19,627 bases of DNA, from assembly GCA_041576165.1 (NCBI GenBank), contig JBFGLM010000072.1:1-19627 (forward strand). Reading direction: 5' to 3'. Under the pieces are notes generated by a model that had not been told where the DNA came from, did not search any database, and was given only the letters and a program-made list of their open reading frames with translations. The DNA comes from Acidimicrobiia bacterium. Its GTDB lineage: Bacteria; Actinomycetota; Acidimicrobiia; Spongiisociales; Spongiisociaceae. The position numbers were made by a program, and so were the translations under genes. Position 1 is the stretch's first letter. Every line of letters starts with the position of its first letter. Of this stretch, positions 16,723-19,627 are shown in pieces.

Positions 16723-17280
16723 TCACTCCGATTTTACAGCCTCGATCAACAGGAACTCATTGAGCAAGAGCAGGCGGTCGTTGTCGAGGACGAACCGGGT
16801 TGCTGCGCCCATGTTGGCCGGAAGGTCGCGGTCCTGATCGCCGAGAAAGCCCTCACAGCCTTCTTGCTCCTGTTCGAACAGGGGACCGATCGTGATCGGC
16901 TGTCCCTCTGGGGTGTCGTCGAGCGCAGACTCGGGCACCGCATAGATTCCCTCGGTCCGGAACCTGGAGCCACCCTGATTGCAGCCGGTGTCGTAGGCGA
17001 CGGTGCCATCCGCACGAAACTCGATGAACACCGGGGTAGCGCCAACGACTCTGGTGAGAGCCCCGTCCGGCAGCTGGTAGTCGGTGACATCCCAGCGGCC
17101 GAGCAGTTCCTCACGTCGGTCTCCATCGGTTGGCGATGCCTGGTTGTCCGCCGGCGGTCCGACCTCGGACGCCGGGACCTCGGCCGCCGCCCTGGTCGCG
17201 ACGCCGGTGTCTTGGTTCGATCCGCAGCCACCGGCCACAGCAAGAGCTGCCGCTATCAGCAACAAACGGCGTCCGAGCAT
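16723..17280 (-). CDS. META domain (HslJ-like) lipoprotein
   Basis: Lipobox MLGRRLLLIAAALAVAGGC, then LLGRWDV, FIEFRADGTVAYDTGCN, ITIGPL...EGC and FVLDNDRLLL, matching the META pattern with its two Cys. Confidence 0.75.
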   Translation of the reverse strand: MLGRRLLLIAAALAVAGGCGSNQDTGVATRAAAEVPASEVGPPADNQASPTDGDRREELLGRWDVTDYQLPDGALTRVVGATPVFIEFRADGTVAYDTGCNQGGSRFRTEGIYAVPESALDDTPEGQPITIGPLFEQEQEGCEGFLGDQDRDLPANMGAATRFVLDNDRLLLLNEFLLIEAVKSE

Positions 17281-17327
17281 CGTCCCGTCCTGACGGCTAT
17301 CAGACCCCAGTCCGCCGCCGTCGTGGA

Positions 17328-17798
17328 CTAGCCGCCGTCGGCTTCTGTAGTGGCCTTCAGCTTCGCCAGGCCTTTCTCGAAGTCGGGCCCGACCATGCTG
17401 TCCATGCTCTTGAAAATGCCCATCAGCCGGGTCATGAACGTCTTCTCGCCGGTCATCGTCCACGTGACGTTCGTGGCGTCGCCGGCTGGCTCCAGAGAAA
17501 AGGTGGTCGTGTTGCTGGCCTTGAACGGCTTGAGGAACTCGAGGGCGATCTCGACATGCGACGGCTCAGAGGCGTCTGTTATCTCCATGCTGCCCTGACC
17601 GACCTTGCGGTTGCCGGACCATGCGTATTTGGCCCCCTTGCCCGAATCAGATCCCGAGAACGTCTTGTCCACGGCGGGATCCATCTCCTCCCACGGGGAC
17701 CAATCAGCCCAGTGGTGAAAATCAATAATGTGCGCGTAAACCCGATCGGGCGGAGCCTCGATCGTCGTGGAGCGCTGAACTGTGTACGCGTCGCTCAT
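17328..17798 (-). CDS. SRPBCC (START/polyketide cyclase-like) family protein
   Basis: 156 aa: MSDAYTVQRSTTIEAPPDRVY, WADWSPW, GAKYAWSGN, VTWTMTG and DFEKGLAKLK. TGC-TAGGTT-N7-ATG leaderless signal. Confidence 0.9.
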   Translation of the reverse strand: MSDAYTVQRSTTIEAPPDRVYAHIIDFHHWADWSPWEEMDPAVDKTFSGSDSGKGAKYAWSGNRKVGQGSMEITDASEPSHVEIALEFLKPFKASNTTTFSLEPAGDATNVTWTMTGEKTFMTRLMGIFKSMDSMVGPDFEKGLAKLKATTEADGG

Positions 17799-17996
17799 GC
17801 ACCGAAACCTAGCAGTGAGAAACGGGCGACCGGCGGTGATGGGCGCATGCGTCGCAGCCCCTTCGGTGGACCAGGGGCGGCAGAGCGGGCCGCCGCCACG
17901 CAACTGTCGGACACGAATCGACCGAGCGATCAGGTCAGCCGGGCGGGGCGAATTGTTTGGGAACCCGATGCCGCCCTCAAGCGTAACTTCGATGTG

Positions 17997-19121
17997 GTGA
18001 ACAACGTCACAGCGCGACGTGCCGCCGTGGCGGCGGCTCTGGGCTGGGTCCTCATAGCGTCCTCCTGCGGTGGCGACGTAGAGATCGAGGCCGCGTCGGG
18101 CGATCCGAACGCGGACGTTCCCATAGATCACGGAATATGGAACGAGCTGCCTCCTGCTCCCATCGAGACCCGCCCGTACGCAATCTCGGGCTGGAACGGC
18201 TCCGAAGTTCTTTTCTGGGCCGGTTCGAACCTGCGGCGCGACTACGCGTACACGGACGGCGCGGCCTATGACCCGGCCCGCGACTCGTGGCGCACGCTGC
18301 CGGTGCCCGGTTGGGGCCACCCCGGCCTCACCGGCGCCGTATTCGAAGGGCGGCTCTACGTCGCCGCTAAAGGCGGCGCCAGCCGGATCGATCTCTCCAA
18401 CGGGTCGGACATCGAACTACCCCACATCAACAGCTTCATACCAGCCACCATGGTCGCCACCGATGGGGCGGTGTGGGCGCTCGGACCGACCGACTATTCA
18501 GAGGATCAGCCGACGTCGGTCGGGATCGCTCGCTCCGCGCCTGAGGACGACGCGTGGGTCCCCGGACCGATCTTCCCCGGCGCGCCGGAGCTGGCAACGC
18601 TGTTCCGAGACGAGCTGTTTGTTGAGCAGCCAGTGCTGTCCAACGGATCGAAGATCATCGTTTGGAGTCATGACGGCCACGGGCTGGTGTTCGACCCCGC
18701 CGAGGAGTCGTGGCGAGTCTTGCCGGCCCTGGTCCCACCAGATGGAGCTACCACCGGCTCCCGGGTAACGATGGCCGGCTCGCAACTCGTGGTGCTGGTC
18801 GAGCTCGACGGCGAGCTGACCGGAGTGGCAACTTGGGACGACGGCGGGTGGGCATGGCTCGGCGGGGTCGTCGACGTCATCGACTTCGCATCGGTATCGA
18901 TCGCCGGGGCACCGGATTGGCTGGTGGCGTTGAGCCCTCACCAGCCGCCCGTCACGGTTCATCTCCCGACCGGTGACTCTGTGCGACACGACGACGCCCC
19001 CATCGGACGCGTGCAAGCACCAAGCGCCGTCTGGACGGGGAACGAACTGATCATCTGGGGTGGTGAGCTGTCGGGGAGCGAGCAGCCGGATGGGGCAATC
19101 TGGTTCCCGCCAGACGTCTGA
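17997..19121 (+). CDS. Kelch-like beta-propeller lipoprotein
   Basis: Lipobox (RRAAVAAALGWVLIASSC) and repeated blades WNGSEVLFWAG...YDPARDSWRTLP, SNGSKIIVWS...FDPAEESWRVLP and WTGNELIIWGG. Start GTG 17997 or 17994. Confidence 0.78.
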   Translation: MNNVTARRAAVAAALGWVLIASSCGGDVEIEAASGDPNADVPIDHGIWNELPPAPIETRPYAISGWNGSEVLFWAGSNLRRDYAYTDGAAYDPARDSWRTLPVPGWGHPGLTGAVFEGRLYVAAKGGASRIDLSNGSDIELPHINSFIPATMVATDGAVWALGPTDYSEDQPTSVGIARSAPEDDAWVPGPIFPGAPELATLFRDELFVEQPVLSNGSKIIVWSHDGHGLVFDPAEESWRVLPALVPPDGATTGSRVTMAGSQLVVLVELDGELTGVATWDDGGWAWLGGVVDVIDFASVSIAGAPDWLVALSPHQPPVTVHLPTGDSVRHDDAPIGRVQAPSAVWTGNELIIWGGELSGSEQPDGAIWFPPDV

Positions 19122-19182
19122 GCCTGGCCGCGTGACCCGGCGTCGCCCGGCTGGGCGTTGTTCCAGGGGGTACGATCGCGCC

Positions 19183-19398
19183 ATGCCACGCTGGAGGCGA
19201 CGCCACCGAGCAAGCCGCAAGCAGCTGGTCGAGCGTAAACGTCAGCTCGAGGGCGAGATCAACCTCCTGACCGCAGAGCTACGGCACCGTTCTGCCCGCG
19301 GGTTGCCGACGGCGGACGTCGACGCCCAGCTCGCTGCGGCCCGGAGTCGTCATTATCAGCTCCGGCTCGAGATCGACCAGGCCGGACCGCCTGCCTGA
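19183..19398 (+). CDS. Small basic hypothetical protein, predicted coiled-coil hairpin (71 aa)
   Basis: TACGAT-N6-ATG leaderless signal; MPRWRRRHRASRKQLVERKRQLEGEINLLTAEL with Leu heptads; fills the gap between two genes. Confidence 0.55.
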   Translation: MPRWRRRHRASRKQLVERKRQLEGEINLLTAELRHRSARGLPTADVDAQLAAARSRHYQLRLEIDQAGPPA

Positions 19399-19439
19399 AA
19401 TCCGCCGGCTACGACGCATAACCCGGGCCGATGACTGCA

Positions 19440-19627
19440 TCAGGGATCGCGGAACAAGGTATCCAGCTTCGACCCCAGCCAGGGCTTGCGGCCCCAGGCG
19501 ATGAGTTTCCCGGTGAGGATGGGGCGCAGCTGTCCGATTCGTCCGAAACCGAGGAGGAGGTAGTCGACAGGATCGGCCGTGATGCGGCAGTCAACCCTCT
19601 CCGGCTGCTCCGCCCCGACACTGGCCA
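19440..19627 (-). CDS. C-terminal part of an MDMPI-family (mycothiol-dependent maleylpyruvate isomerase-like)/SCP2-like protein, 5' end outside the window
   Basis: Translated by hand: ...ERVDCRITADPVDYLLLGFGRIGQLRPILTGKLIAWGRKPWLGSKLDTLFRDP, TGA at 19440-19442. Resembles the SCP2-like tail of actinobacterial MDMPI proteins (recognition from memory). Confidence 0.6.
   Translation of the reverse strand, partial: ASVGAEQPERVDCRITADPVDYLLLGFGRIGQLRPILTGKLIAWGRKPWLGSKLDTLFRDP

Noticed and set aside
17130-17996. N-terminal 289 codons of the 663-aa ORF
   Set aside because: They run antisense to the SRPBCC and META genes and look like shadow sequence; the signal peptide starts near 17994-17997.
19409-19621. 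70-aa Ser-rich ORF from the track
   Set aside because: Wrong frame; another minus frame ending at 19440 gives a recognisable MDMPI/SCP2-like C-terminus.

Overview
A GC-rich, gene-dense bacterial window. The gene repertoire, Thr/Pro-rich lipoproteins and recurring TANNNT-N6-8-start leaderless signals suggest an actinobacterium, possibly Acidimicrobiia (inference). From left to right it holds: an acoXABC acetoin-cleaving operon (minus strand, acoC runs off the left edge); a CPBP/CAAX membrane protease and a small membrane protein; a strictosidine-synthase/SMP-30 family enzyme; a membrane-anchored beta-propeller-like protein; a minimal TVGYGD K+ channel; a SnoaL-like lipoprotein gene broken by two in-frame TAA stops; a membrane protein plus winged-helix regulator pair with a clear promoter and palindromic operator; an alpha/beta hydrolase; a beta-PGM/trehalose-phosphatase fusion coupled to a GH65 phosphorylase, preceded by a 25-bp direct repeat; three lipoproteins (unknown, META, Kelch-like); an SRPBCC protein; a small basic coiled-coil ORF; and the 3' end of an MDMPI/SCP2-like gene. 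I saw no rRNA, tRNA, CRISPR array or mobile element, and no unambiguous new system. The best leads are a possible OtsA-independent trehalose route with its repeat-containing promoter, a proteobacterial-type aco operon without a sigma54 promoter, and the double-TAA gene.
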